A DNA stretch of 61,611 bases, filler included, from Sminthopsis crassicaudata (lineage: Eukaryota): assembly GCF_048593235.1 (NCBI RefSeq). It is 3 parts of 3 records of this genome, joined end to end, with 100 filler letters (N's around TTAATTAATTAA, not from the genome) between each part and the next. Parts side by side here need not be neighbours in the genome. Positions count along the whole stretch, not along the records: positions 27,060 to 46,746 come from NC_133620.1; 2 more parts are not named here. One strand, given 5' to 3'. Below are positions 28,823 through 40,937 of the stretch, piece by piece. The translations under genes were made by a program, and so were the position numbers. Numbering within the stretch: the first letter of the stretch is position 1; each line of letters begins with the position of its first letter. A model generated the notes under the pieces. That model made no database searches. It worked only from the letters and a program-made list of their open reading frames with translations, and was not told where the DNA came from.

Positions 28823-29065
28823 AGGGCAGCTAGGTGACATATGAATAGAGTGCTGGGCCTAGAGTCAGGAAATCCTAAATTCAAATATGCTTTCAGATAT
28901 TTCCTAGCTATGTGACCCTAAGCAGGTCACTTAGCCCTATTTGCCTCAGTTTCCTCATCTATAAAATGAGCTGGAGAAGAAAATGGCAAAAAACTCCAGT
29001 ATCTTTGCTAAGAAAATCCCAGATGGACTCATAAAGAATCAGATACAACTGAACAACAATAACAA
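28823..29065 (+). mobile_element. MAR1-type CORE-SINE with RTE-like 3' tail
   Basis: gggcagctaggtg head, CORE segment, then gagctggagaagaaaatggcaaa...actccagtatctttgc...caactgaacaacaa tail. Related copies at ~38535-38750, ~47225-47460 and ~55030-55250 (minus). Confidence 0.8.
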
Positions 29066-31218
29066 ATCAATAATGATTTAGAAAAAATGTTAGAAAAAAT
29101 GGTAACATTATTTAATGATATACTCTATATAACATATATATAAGCTATATGATATATATAGATTTGATATGAAATACTTGTTCTTATTATCTGACCATTT
29201 ATCAGTTAGGGAATGATTCATATTCTTATAAATTTGCCAGAGTTCTGTATATATTTGAGATATGAGATCTTTATGTGAGAAAATATGTATAGAATTCCCC
29301 TTCCCCAATTTTCTACTTTCTTTCTAATCTTGGCTAAGTTGGTTTTATTTGTTCAAAACCATTTAAATTTAATGTAACAAAAAGTATAATTACCACTTTA
29401 AAATACAATTTAAAATCTGGTACTGCCAATCCTCTTTCCTTTACATTTTTTCAATTAACTCCTTTGATTTTCTGGACCTTTTGTTCTTCCAAATGAATTT
29501 TATTATTTTAACCCTTCATTCTTTAGGCCAACATTATTTTAGTATCTGAGTTGGAAATTTTTGTTCATATTTCTCTTATCGATGACGATTTTATTTTAAT
29601 CATAGTCAAATGGCAAACCATTACAGTATCTTTGAAATTAAATCCCGAAGAGAATCACAAAGATTGCTTAATATTTTTGTCTTTTCTCATTTGTTTTCTT
29701 TGTGCCACAGCCCATAAATTAAACATAGATAATATAACCAAAAAATATATATAGCGATGCTTACTGGTAGTCTTCTACTTTATAAGTCTGTGATGACAGG
29801 ACAGACACCTCTATCTATATTGTTAGGCTCTCTGCTGAAGCAAAGATTTGAAAAGCACATAAAAGTACATAGAAGCACAGAACAAAAAACATGGCTGATA
29901 ACAGGATTTTACTCTTCATTTTACCCTCCAGTTGCCTGCAGACACACCTACATTAATACGAACACTACTACAAATCTATACTTTACACTCTACAAAGATA
30001 GATGCTGTAGCTTTTTAAAAAATAATTATGAGAAATATTTTACATTTAGCCCTTTTCTTTTAAATTTTGAGGTTTTTTGATGTTTTCTTGGGAGGATGAA
30101 GTCCTACATAAGATTTCTTTTTTAATGGCTTTTAACAGCCACTGATCAAAGGAGTCTAATTCAGGATGTTTGATTTGGGGCCCTGTCTAATACAGCAACA
30201 TCTCTAAATAGTTTATTTATCTTTACTAGAGGACCCTCACCATGGTCAGCAGCTTTAGAGGATCAGATCCTAGAACTTGTAAGTGTCCAAAACATACAGC
30301 AAAGCCATCTCTGACTAGCTGCAATTCCCATAGGAGCCAGATAAAATGGATAAATTAAATGAATCCTTATGGGTCTTTACCAGTATTCTCAATTAATGAG
30401 ATGACACAATCCAAAATTTATGGAAGTCTGGATTCAAGCAGAATTATAGTTATTTAGCAAGCAGAATAGGAGGGAACTTGGGGACCGAACACAAGAAGTT
30501 CATGCTAGTATCTGGGCATACAGAAGCTTACTCCCAGAACTATGAAAGATATACTTTCCCATGAATTCTCTGCTGCCACCATTAATGTTAGTCCTGAAAT
30601 AAATCAAGTTCTTAAATGAAGGAAGACCTATGACCCTGAGTCACCCATATATCTGAATACATGGATATATACCAAAGGAAATTATAAAAAGATAATACTT
30701 TCATCCATATGAGAAGCAAGGCCTGGTCAGGAGGCCCCACTATCCCTGGCAATCCAAGAAAGAAAATTCACTTTATTCTGATTGTTTTAACCTTCATGAT
30801 CTAATTTGACCTAAATAAAAGAAGCAAAGACTTTTGCTAGACTTTAGGCTAAATCAGTTCATTTTACAGGGCTGATGATCCCAAGGGTGAGGCTTAGTCC
30901 AATCTAGTTGAAAGTAACTCAATAAGAGTTGAGGAATAAAACAACATTCCTAGGATTGTTGAGAAGGAGGGGCTTTATTACTGCCCATATGGTCTTTTGA
31001 CAGAGAAAGGAATATTACATTTGATATTGACAATATTACTGTCAAATGCAAGAGACAAAGATGATTTCACTGATTAGAGGAAAAAATAAATTTTTGGTAG
31101 TTTGCAGCTTAAAAAATTTTAAGTACCACCTTAACTCTTTATTAACTCTTTTCTTGACTATGAAAAGAGAGAAACTAATTTAAATCAGTGAGAAAGTAAA
31201 ATAATTTTGAAGAATATC

Positions 31219-31330
31219 GGGGGCAGCTAGGTGGCACAGTGGATAGAGCACCTGCTCTGTCTCAGACATTAACACTTCCTAGCTGTGACCCTGGACAAGT
31301 CACTTTAACTCCAGCCTCAGGGGAAAAAAA
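31219..31330 (+). mobile_element. WSINE1-type short CORE-SINE
   Basis: ggggcagctaggtggcacagtggatagagcacc head and A-rich tail; relatives at 43220-43350, 45795-45925 (minus) and 54600-54710. Confidence 0.75.
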
Positions 31331-32126
31331 AATTATAAATTAAGGATAAATGAAATGTTCTTATACACTTAACACCATTAACTATCATGAAAACACGAGA
31401 AAACTAATAATTATTGAAATTTTGCTATTTGAGGTAAAAGCTTTTCTCAGTTTTGATTTCAGATATGATTGAATTGTCATGAAACCATTGTCATGTTCAT
31501 CATTCAAGGGATGTGCTGCCTAGAAAAGAAGTGCAACCTGATAATGACTGCAAATAAATGTCTATGTCTAGAAAAGTTGAGGGGTAGGCAAGAGTGGGAT
31601 CCTTTTCATTCAGTTTTCTCATTGTATTATTTCCTTTCTGAACAGGAAAAATTTCCCAAGTAGTTACTTCTGACCCTGGTTTTGATCCCCTATGAATAAT
31701 GTGGAACTTTGTTTTATGATTGGTTATTAACTATGACTGAAATCAAACAGAGCTAAGGGAGTTTTTTCCCCTTTATGTCTTGTATCAGACCAATCTACGT
31801 CCTGGAGGAGTGTTGAATATTGTCATAATCATGCCCCTCTTTTTCCCCAAATTTCTATAATCAGAGCAAGTGAACAGTGGAAATTTGTCATTGCAATACC
31901 ATATCTATTAATTAATAGACATAAGTATGAAAGATATTTTTAATCTATATTAATGGTTACCATCATAGTCTCTGTAACTAGGTAAATTGAGTTCTTCAGC
32001 TTGCCATCCTCTTGCTTATAATTATAATTATGTATATTATAATATTATAATTTGATATTGTATAATTTTGTTACGTATAATATTAATGTACAAGTACCTC
32101 ATTCCTTGAAATTGATACGAAAAATC

Positions 32127-32131
<5 letters not shown>

Positions 32132-32173
<42 letters not shown>
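32132..32173 (+). repeat. (TG)n microsatellite
   Basis: Direct inspection. Confidence 0.95.
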
Positions 32174-32176
<3 letters not shown>

Positions 32177-32899
32177 CATATATGTCTAGGGTATTGGTGT
32201 GGATATATATCCTCTAAAAAGAAGGATAAAACTAAAAGGTTGTGCCTTTTTTTTTTTTAATTTCATGGAGCACTAAACCTTGGTAAAGCAAAAAAATTAG
32301 ATTATTAAAAATCCAAGAACTAGAATATATTTTCAAGTTGCTTCCAAAGGTATCTAATGGGAAATAAAGGTTTGATTATGTTTTGCTAGTAAGTTTTCAA
32401 AATTAGATTACATTAATAATTGTAAATAATTTTAAATAGTATTTTTCTCCTTATTTTGAAATCCTTATCTAGTAATATTTAAGAGAAAGAAGGGCTCATT
32501 TTATCAGGCCCTTCTGGATTTTTTTAAGATGCCTGTGGATGACATTGTCTGTATCAGCTACAAAATTTGGGTATAGAAAGAACAAATGATATGTAAAATC
32601 CGAATTTCAGTTAATTACCTCTGATTTCTAGGTGGAACCACACTTGAGCGTCCTCAGGTTTAGCTATGAATTTCTAGTACCACACAGATACATATGTGTA
32701 GGTTTATCAACTGGTGAAATCTGAGTAAGAGACTGAGACAGTTGTGATAAATAAATTTTGCTGTCACTACAAATAGTTTGAGAATAGAAGAAGTAACAGA
32801 GCTAGATGGGACGAGGAGAATGACGCTGTTCTCAAAAGGGAGATTGGAATATAGCTCCTGAAACAAAGGACTGATGAGACTAATTGATGGCCAACTCTT

Positions 32900-33960
32900 T
32901 CTGGCTAATAAAACTATACAGAAAAATTAAGTATGTAGGACCTGGGGCCCTTTAGCACTATCCAAGCTCAAGATATTCTCTAAAGGCCCAGGCTCATTTG
33001 AATCTTTCAGGAAAGTTCAGTTCAAAGAGGGAAGGGATATTATAGGGTCAGTATCTGGGAGGGCCTATTTAGTAACCTCTAGACATGTTACTGGAAATCC
33101 TTAGTTAACTCAACCATCCCATATAGTTAACACCATATAATATGGCAGAGGGAGGGAAAGGAAAGATGATAGAGATGAAGGAAGCTGGAGTATTCTGTTA
33201 TCCCTTGTCCTCTTACAACAACAATCCTGGGAGGAAAGCAGATGGCAGTTGAGAAATTACAGGGGACAAGCTGCTATGCTTATCTCTACAGCTGTCCCTG
33301 ATCTTGTCAACATTCTTGTCAATGTTGAAGACCAGGTAGCTCAGGCCCAGGTGGGGTGAAATCAATCTTGACAATGCTTTTTTCTCTATTTCTAGGACTG
33401 AGACTAGTCATGAACAGTTTGCTTTCACCTGGGAAGGCATATATCTTCATAGCCTTCCCCAGGATTGTCCTTAGTATTATCAATTATGATGGACAGAAAC
33501 CTGAAAGAGGCTTCTCCTTCTGAGAGAAACAAGTAAATACCAATACACTGATGAGATTGAGAGGGTCAAATGAAGTCACAGTGGCAGAGGTCCAGAGTGG
33601 TTCATATGAAAGACAAGGGAAGGAAATCAACCCTAAGAAAATCTAGTATGCAACCCGTTCAAATTTAAGGGAATACAGTGGGCAGGAAAATCAAAAAGAT
33701 TTCCAGGCATACTCCAGATTAAGTTCGCAATACCTGTTTCCCAACATCTAAGAATAAAGCCTATATATCCCAATGGCCCCATTTACTCAATTCACCTGTG
33801 TGTTTCAAATAGTGCCCAGGATAGGCTACATCCCTAGCAGGCTATCCAGCAATCTCTCCCTTTGCATCCTTAGGACTCCTGCAAGGATCATGTTTTTAGA
33901 GGTCTCAAAGATGCAGCCAGATTAAAGCACTGTTTGGAATCCAAGGTTCTGAAAAGCAGT
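32900..33960 (+). mobile_element. Highly degraded class III (ERVL-like) endogenous retrovirus pol remnant
   Basis: 33361-33438 reads INLDNAFFSISRTETSHEQFAFTWEG (cf. ERVL RT IDLANAFFSIP...QFAFSWQG), preceded by TAVPDL (cf. AAVPDV) and followed by LPQ. Outer limits are approximate. Confidence 0.7.
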
Positions 33961-34259
33961 TGCTATATTCTTATTAGGCCCCAGTTACTACTGAACAGAT
34001 AATACAGGGTTATACAATCTCCCTTTGTCCAAGGTTGACTATTATGTGTTAAGTGATACAAAATGGCTCTTCAAGATGGGTAGGGCACAGGAGGTTTATA
34101 TTAAAATCATTCTTTCCTAAATCCCTCTAGTGTTATTCTTTTTTTTCTTAATTTTTTATAGTAGTTTTTTTTTTTTAATTTCCAAAATAGATGCAAAGAC
34201 AGGTCCCAACATTCACTCCTGCAAAATCTTGTGTTCCAAAATTTTCTCCCTCCCTTCCC

Positions 34260-34690
34260 TGTTATGAGTCAGAACAAGTTGTTAAGTCGCTGGAATTGAT
34301 AGAGACAATGCTTATGTACTAGAGTACAAGAGTATGTAAGAGAGTTCACACATTAGTTCACACATTAGAATTCACACCTTTAGAAAGCATATATAAGGTA
34401 GGAACCTCAACTAGGATTGACTTTGGGAGATTCACAAGTCAGAAGCCCACAATCCCACTCTTTTGGAGGCGGAGTCAGATTCATTCCAACTTCCACCTTT
34501 GTGCTAGATGGAGGCATTCAGAGGCAGAAGTTGGCAGAGACAAAGGACTAGCAGCAAGAGCTCTTGGAACCCAGGAGAGAGATAGGCCCCAGGAAAAGAT
34601 TCAAGACTTTGAAGGAGAAAATAAAGGATTTGAACTTTAACTCCTGGCTGCATCTGAAGTGATTATTGAACTGAACTGAAACTGTCTCCC
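34260..34690 (+). mobile_element. Solo or 3'-truncated LTR inserted into the L1
   Basis: Starts TGTTATGAG, has TATATAA at ~34390 and AATAAA at ~34620; no clean target-site duplication seen. Confidence 0.6.
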
Positions 34691-34728
34691 CCAGACAGCA
34701 AGCAATCCAATACAAATTAAACACGTGC

Positions 34729-35423
34729 GCAAAAACAAAAATTGATCTAATTAAAAGAGATAAGGAAGGGCATTATATCCTGCTAAAGGGAAGCATCAAT
34801 AGTGAAGCAGTATCAATATTAAACATGTATGCACCAAGTGGTGCAGCATCTAAATTCTTAAAAGAGAAATTAAGAGAGCTGCAAGAGGAAATAGATAGCA
34901 AAACTATAATAGCGGGAGATCTCAACCTTGCACTCTCAGAATTAGATAAATCAAACCACAAAATAAATAAGAAAGAAGTCAAAGAGGTAAATAGAATACT
35001 AGAAAAGTTTGATATGATAGATCTTTGGCGAAAGCTAAATGGAGACAGAAAGGAATATACTTTCTTCTCAGCAGTTCATGGAACCTATACAAAAATTGAT
35101 CATATACTAGGGCATAAAAACCTCAAAATCAAATGCAGTAAGGCAGAAATAGTAAATGCATCCTTTTCAGACCATAATGCAATCAAAATAACATTTAATA
35201 AAAAGCCAGGGGAAAAGAGACTAAAAAATAATTGGAAACTAAATAATCTTATACTAAAGAATGATTGGGTAAAACAGCAAATCATAGACATAATTAATAA
35301 CTTCACCCAAGAAAATGACAATAATGAGACATCATACCAAAATGTGTGGGATACAGCCAAAGCAGTAATAAGGGGAAGTTTTATATCTCTACAGGCCTAC
35401 TTGCATAAAATAGAGAAAAAAAA
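34729..35423 (+). mobile_element. Internal L1 ORF2 endonuclease fragment with its own 17-bp target-site duplication
   Basis: Open frame with YAP, IIAGDLN, TYTKIDHILG and FSDHNAI (APE-like endonuclease motifs); acaaattaaacacgtgc at 34712-34728 and 35424-35440; short A-run at the 3' end. Confidence 0.9.
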
Positions 35424-36734
35424 ACAAATTAAACACGTGCAACTCTTCCAAACATACCCCTACATCCATCATGCTTCACAAAAAAGTTCAGATCAAAAAG
35501 AAAAAAAAATGGGGAAAAAAAACAAGCAACAAAAAGGTGAAAACACTATGCTGCAATCCACAATCAGTCCCTACTCTCTGGGTGCAGATGGCCACATATA
35601 TCACAAGTACATTAGTACACTGAAATTGGCCTGAATCACCCCATTGTTGAAAAGAATTAAGTCCATCAAAGATGATCATCACATAATCTTGTTGCTATGT
35701 ACAATGTTCTCTTGATTCTACTCATTTCATTCAGCATCAACTCATGTAAGTCTCCCTTTCTGACCATTTCTCACAGAACAATAATATTTCATTATATTCA
35801 TATGCACATCCTATTCAACCATTCCCCACTGATGGGCATCTACCCAGTTTCCAGCTCCCACCACTACAACAAGGGCTGCCACAAATACTCTTGCACATAT
35901 GGGTTCCCTTCCCTTTTTTATGACCTCTTTGGAATACAGACCCAGCAGAAACACTGCTGGATCAAAGGACATGCACAGCTTGACAGCAACTTGGACACAG
36001 TCCCAAAATGCTCTCCAGAATGTCCAGGTCAGTTCACAACTCCACCAATAATGCACCAGAATCCCATTCTTCCCACATTCCCCCCAAACATTCATCACCA
36101 TCTTTTCCAGCCATTGCAGCCAATCCGAGAGGCATTTAGTGGTACCCCAGAGTTGTCTCAATTTGTATTTCTCCAATCAAAAGTGACCCAGAGCACCTTC
36201 CCATACGAGTGTCAGTATTCTTTACAAACAACTGGTGACTATATCAGAAACTGAGGCCTCCAGTCTAGATTCTTGAATACTGCCTCCTGCACTGGTACAG
36301 TGGGCTCCTGCCTAATAAGACCTGGCTCCTGAGGAATGCCACTTTGCCTGGTTAATGGATTGTTCCATCTATTACAAAATAGACATATAGACTTCAGCAT
36401 TCACTAACCTGATAATGGGTGACACCCTCAGGAGTAGGGATACTGGTAAGTCCTTCCATTTGGTTGAAACTGCATGACTGACATGTGCAAGAGCCTTGAG
36501 GCAGCTGGTGGCATAGTGAACAAAGTGCTGGAGAGAGTCCAGAATCAATGAGTTCTAATTGGGCCTTAGAGAGCAACTAGCTATGTGACCATGGGCAAGT
36601 CACTTAACCACTCTTTGTCTCACCTTTCCTCAATTACAAAATGGGGATAGCAATAACACCCATCTCACAAGATTGTTGTGAGGCTCAAATGAGCTAACAT
36701 TTCTTTTGTTTTGTTTTTTTTAATTTTTCTTTTT

Positions 36735-37145
36735 TTTCTTTTTTTTTAATTAATTTTTATAATATAACATTTTCTTTGGCAGTACATATGCATAGGTAAT
36801 TTTTTTTTTTTTTACAACATTATCCCTTGTACTCCCTTCTGTTCCAAATTTTTCCCCTCCTTCCCTCCACCCCCTCCCCTAGATGGCAGACAATCCCATA
36901 CATATTAAATATCTTATAGTATATCCTAGGTACAATATATATGTGTAGAACCGCATTTTGTTGTTGTTGTTGTTGTTGTTGCAAAGGAAGAATTGTATTC
37001 GAAAGGTAAAAATAATCTGGGAAGAGAACAAAACAAAACAAAACAAAACAAAACCCAATGCTCTCAGTTTACACTCATTTCCCAGTGTTCCTTTTCTGGG
37101 TGTAGCTGATTCTGTCCATCACTGATCAATTGGAATTGGATTAGA
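36735..37145 (-). mobile_element. Young L1 3'UTR fragment on the minus strand
   Basis: Reverse complement of the 3'UTR at 58040-58410, including the (CAA)n tract and poly-T tail. Confidence 0.85.
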
Positions 37146-37535
37146 TGAGCTAACATTTCAAAAGCTGTTAACATGTAAGCATGTAGAAGGCCCTTCTTAT
37201 GCTTAGTCTCTGTTTAGTCTCTTCCTTTCTCTTGAGACCTTCATCTGCACTACTTCTCAGGTGGCAGTCATGAGTCTGGCCAAGTGGTCTAAGGTCTGGA
37301 GAGCATAGGATTTAACCCCTTTGGGGCCTAGAAGAATGGAAGAGATTTGTTAATGATTCCCACTGTATACAGTTATTTATGGAGCATATCAGTATATATG
37401 AGAGATATGCTAGACAAACTGAAGCTCTTATAAGAATAGCAAAGGTTGAGGAGTAAGCCCAATGACAATTTGTACAGTTGAGTGGTGATACCATGTTATG
37501 CTGAGCACAGGATCATATTATTCCACTAGCTATAG

Positions 37536-37539
<4 letters not shown>

Positions 37540-37604
<65 letters not shown>
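37540..37604 (+). repeat. (TA)n microsatellite
   Basis: Direct inspection. Confidence 0.95.
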
Positions 37605-37605
<1 letters not shown>

Positions 37606-37789
37606 CTATAGTTATAGCTATATATGGAACTATGACTAACTATAACCCAGGGGAATCACAAAGACTGATACTTGTACAACTGAACAAACGAATGATAACA
37701 ATCATGATTATATCCAATCTGTCAGTCAACAAGAATCATGGGCTGCAGGTTATATGTCTATTAACAATTAGGTCCTCTTTGAAAATTAT

Positions 37790-38105
37790 CTGTTCACTGG
37801 GAAATGAATGTGGATTACTTGGATTTTTGTTTTTCTTCCCAGGTTATTTTTACCTTCTGAATCCAATTTTTCTTGTGCAACAAGAGAACTGTACAGATCT
37901 GCACACATATATTGTATCTAAGATATACTTTAACATGTTTAACATGTATGAGACTGCCTGCCGTCTAGGGGAGGGGTTGGAGGGAAGGAAGGGAAAAGTC
38001 AGAACAGAAGTGAGTTCAGGGACAATGTTGCAAAAATTACCCATTCATATGTTCTGTCGACAAAAAGCTATAATTAAAAAAATTAAATAAATAAATAAAA
38101 AGAAA
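37790..38105 (+). mobile_element. L1 3'UTR fragment
   Basis: ttcactgggaaatgaatgtgga ... caaaaagctataattaaaaaa with an A-rich tail. Confidence 0.8.
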
Positions 38106-39544
38106 ATGATCTGTTCAGTATCTTTTAGCCACTACTCCATTGAGAAGTATAGGTTATTCTCAATATTGATTAGGATCTTTTATTTGACATATTTACTATA
38201 AATTTTTTCCAACTCTATTTTTTTCTCATATTAGATATTATTTTCATTTGGCAGAATTCTTTTTTCTTTGCATAATCAAGCATATCAGTTTATCTCCAAT
38301 GAGTTCTTATATTTGAGGACAGAAAAGACTGTTTCATCTTTTCACTGATTTCTCACATATCCAGTACAGTGCCTGGCATAAGATTGTTGATTGATAAAAA
38401 TAATCTTCTTTTTCATAGTTAATATAGATATTGTTCTTCCAATTATTTTTATTATTTTGTAGTCAGTGACTTATTTTTGTATATATTGCAAATGTATACA
38501 AACCTATATTTTGTATTTTATCGATGTATGAAGATGGACCATTGATGGACCAGCTAAGAGCCACACTGGATAGAGTACTGGGCCTAGAGTCAGGAATACC
38601 TAAATTCAAATCTAGCCTCAGACATAGTAGCTATATGTCCCTGGATAAATCATTTCACCCTCTTTGCCTCAGTTTCCTCATCTGTAAAATGAGCTGGAGA
38701 AGGAAATGGCAAACTACTCCAGTCTCTGTACCAAGAAAATCCCATTGATGAACTCGTCAGCTTGCTTTTCCCCTAAGACCAAAATTACTCAACTAATTCT
38801 GAAAGTATTTCCCCAAATCTCCCCAGACTGTCCTTATTCATGATGTATCTCGTCAACTTCTCCTTGCTCTTATCCTTCAAGCATTCTTCCCTACTCCTCC
38901 CAGATTTTGTCCTTCAAGTATTCTCCCCCACTCTTCCTTGATCTTCCCCTTGAGCAAAACATCTCCACAACTGTTTTCCAAAACATCCCCTATCTCCCTA
39001 AATTTCCTGATAATCAAAACATTCTCCTAATTTCTTCCCCTTCCTTTGGTCTATAAAAACTGCCCCTTCCCAAAGTATGGCACAAAATTATACTTGGATT
39101 TTGTCTGAGACTTTTACTTGTGAATAGAACAACTCATTGCAGATCTTCACAATGTTTGCAACTCATCTTTGCTTTCTTGAATCTCATTACATGGCCATAT
39201 CAACATGACTGAAACAACTGAACAACATAACCTAAGATTGTTACCCTATTTTTTTTTTTTTGCCATTTCAGTCTTTTTGTTCAAAAATAGTTCCATTCCT
39301 CAGTATTTGTTTTATTTTAAATCTTGGGTTTATCAAAAACTAAACTTAAGATATTTGTTAAATGTGACTGACAATTCTGTTACTTTAGAGATTATTTCCA
39401 TTCCAATTAAATATTTTACTATCTCAGTGCCATTATTTGCCTGGATGAGTAGCATTGGTAAGGGACTGAATATCTAGGCTAAGTTAATTTCAGATGTTAC
39501 TAGTTCTGAATTAAGGGATAAGTGGGAAAAGGTAGATAAAAATT

Positions 39545-40078
39545 ACCATTAAAAGTCTCTACAATTTGAATCCAAGACTTCAAGAGTCCCATTAAGTAAA
39601 TGGTTTAGTGTTTGTGTTATGATCATTGTTTTTTGTTTTTCAAATTATATTTTATTTTCACTTGCAAATTCTCCCTTCTCCATCTGATACCTCCCACTCC
39701 GATTGCACCTCCCCATTTTACAAGATGAAAAAACTGTGGACCCAAGAAGTTTAAATGATTTGTCTAAGGTAGTCCAGGGTAATAAATAACAGAATGAGGA
39801 TTTGAACCTAGGCCTTTTGTCTCCAGAATCAGTAAGCTTTTCCTTATGCCATACTACAAAAGTCTGGATAACCTTAACCACATGTTTCCTGGTTTCTGCC
39901 ATGAAGGCAATGTTGCATAGGAGGTACAGTGCTGGACTCAGGACTTAGGAAAACAAGTTTAAATTCCTACTTTGAAACTTACTAGCTAATTCTCAATTTC
40001 TCTGAGCCTCAGTTTCTTCCTTTGTAAAATGGGGATAATATCTTATTCTATAATGTTATTATAAGGCTCAAGTGAGAT
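39545..40078 (+). repeat. Left arm of a ~530-bp inverted repeat (partner 43405-43954)
   Basis: Hand alignment to the reverse complement of 43405-43954 shows about 5 substitutions and one 16-nt indel; the ORF track gives the identical 85-aa ORF at 39645-39902 (-) and 43581-43838 (+). Confidence 0.95.
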
Positions 40079-40756
40079 AATCTGTCAAATGCTTCCCTAT
40101 TTTTTAATCAGTTCTTTTCCCAATATTTAACAGAACACATATCCAACAGTGGGTTAGTGTTCATTGCATTATGTTATATGTACCAATGGAAGATGTAAGA
40201 GAGGGCAAAGTTAGAGAGAAAGACAGAACCAGAAGGAAAATGAAAGCCAGGACAATCATAGGTTTTAATGGAAAGGGAAGGAAAGGAATAAGGAATAATA
40301 AGAGAGTAGGCCAAAGCAGGAAGAGTACAGGATGATGAGAAATTCCAGAAAAATGGGATAGGAAAAGAATCAAGGGAATGCAGGAACTTGCTGCTATGAC
40401 ATGGGTAACATGATGCTGATAGAAACAAGTTTCCAGTGGCATCAGTTTCAAAGTTACAATGTGCCTGGAGGTAAGGATGGTAGTTGACTAGGCAGAAAAG
40501 TAGAGATGGGTAAGAGGGTGTGGCAGGAGACCCAAGGGTCAGGATGTGCTAAAAGGTCAGAGGAATAAAGAATGGGTCTGAGAGGAATCAAGGAGAGACT
40601 AGAAGTAGTCACATTAACTAGATAAGAGAAAGGGTTAAGGAAGGTGGAAGGGTGGTACAGTGGTCATAGATGTAGCTGTCCTGTGTCCAATAGCAGTGGT
40701 CCAGAAAAAATGGTCAGAGATAACACAAACATCACTGACTTGGTCATCAAATAATT

Positions 40757-40762
40757 TTTATT
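40757..40762 (-). terminator. C4: C4 polyadenylation signal (AATAAA on the minus strand)
   Basis: TTTATT on +, about 176 nt downstream of the C4 stop. Confidence 0.65.
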
Positions 40763-40937
40763 AATTTGGTTTCCAGTTTGAGAGATGAGAATAGAAGGAA
40801 AGTAGAAGTCAAGAGTAAATCCTGATGGAATTAGGCCTCCTTTCCATTCATAAAGAAGGGATGAAAAAGCACAGAGCAGGTGTGAAAGACAGGAAATTCT
40901 ATGGAGGTGGGGGAGAGCAGGGAGAGAATATCATCCC

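Larger units (their letters stand above)
34140..36210 (-). mobile_element. L1 3' portion (ORF2 C-terminus and 3'UTR) on the minus strand, interrupted by two younger insertions
   Basis: Minus-strand ORF 35811-36176 contains CGKNGILVHYWWSCEL...SFDPAVFLLGLYSKE, the L1 ORF2 C-terminal Cys-rich region; 3'UTR pieces at 34140-34259, 34695-34728 and 35441-35750 with a poly-T tail. Confidence 0.85.

Noticed and set aside
29788-29840. Box C/D snoRNA (GTGATGA ... CTGA)
   Set aside because: Only ~50 nt between boxes, almost no terminal stem, no clear C'/D' boxes or recognisable guide.
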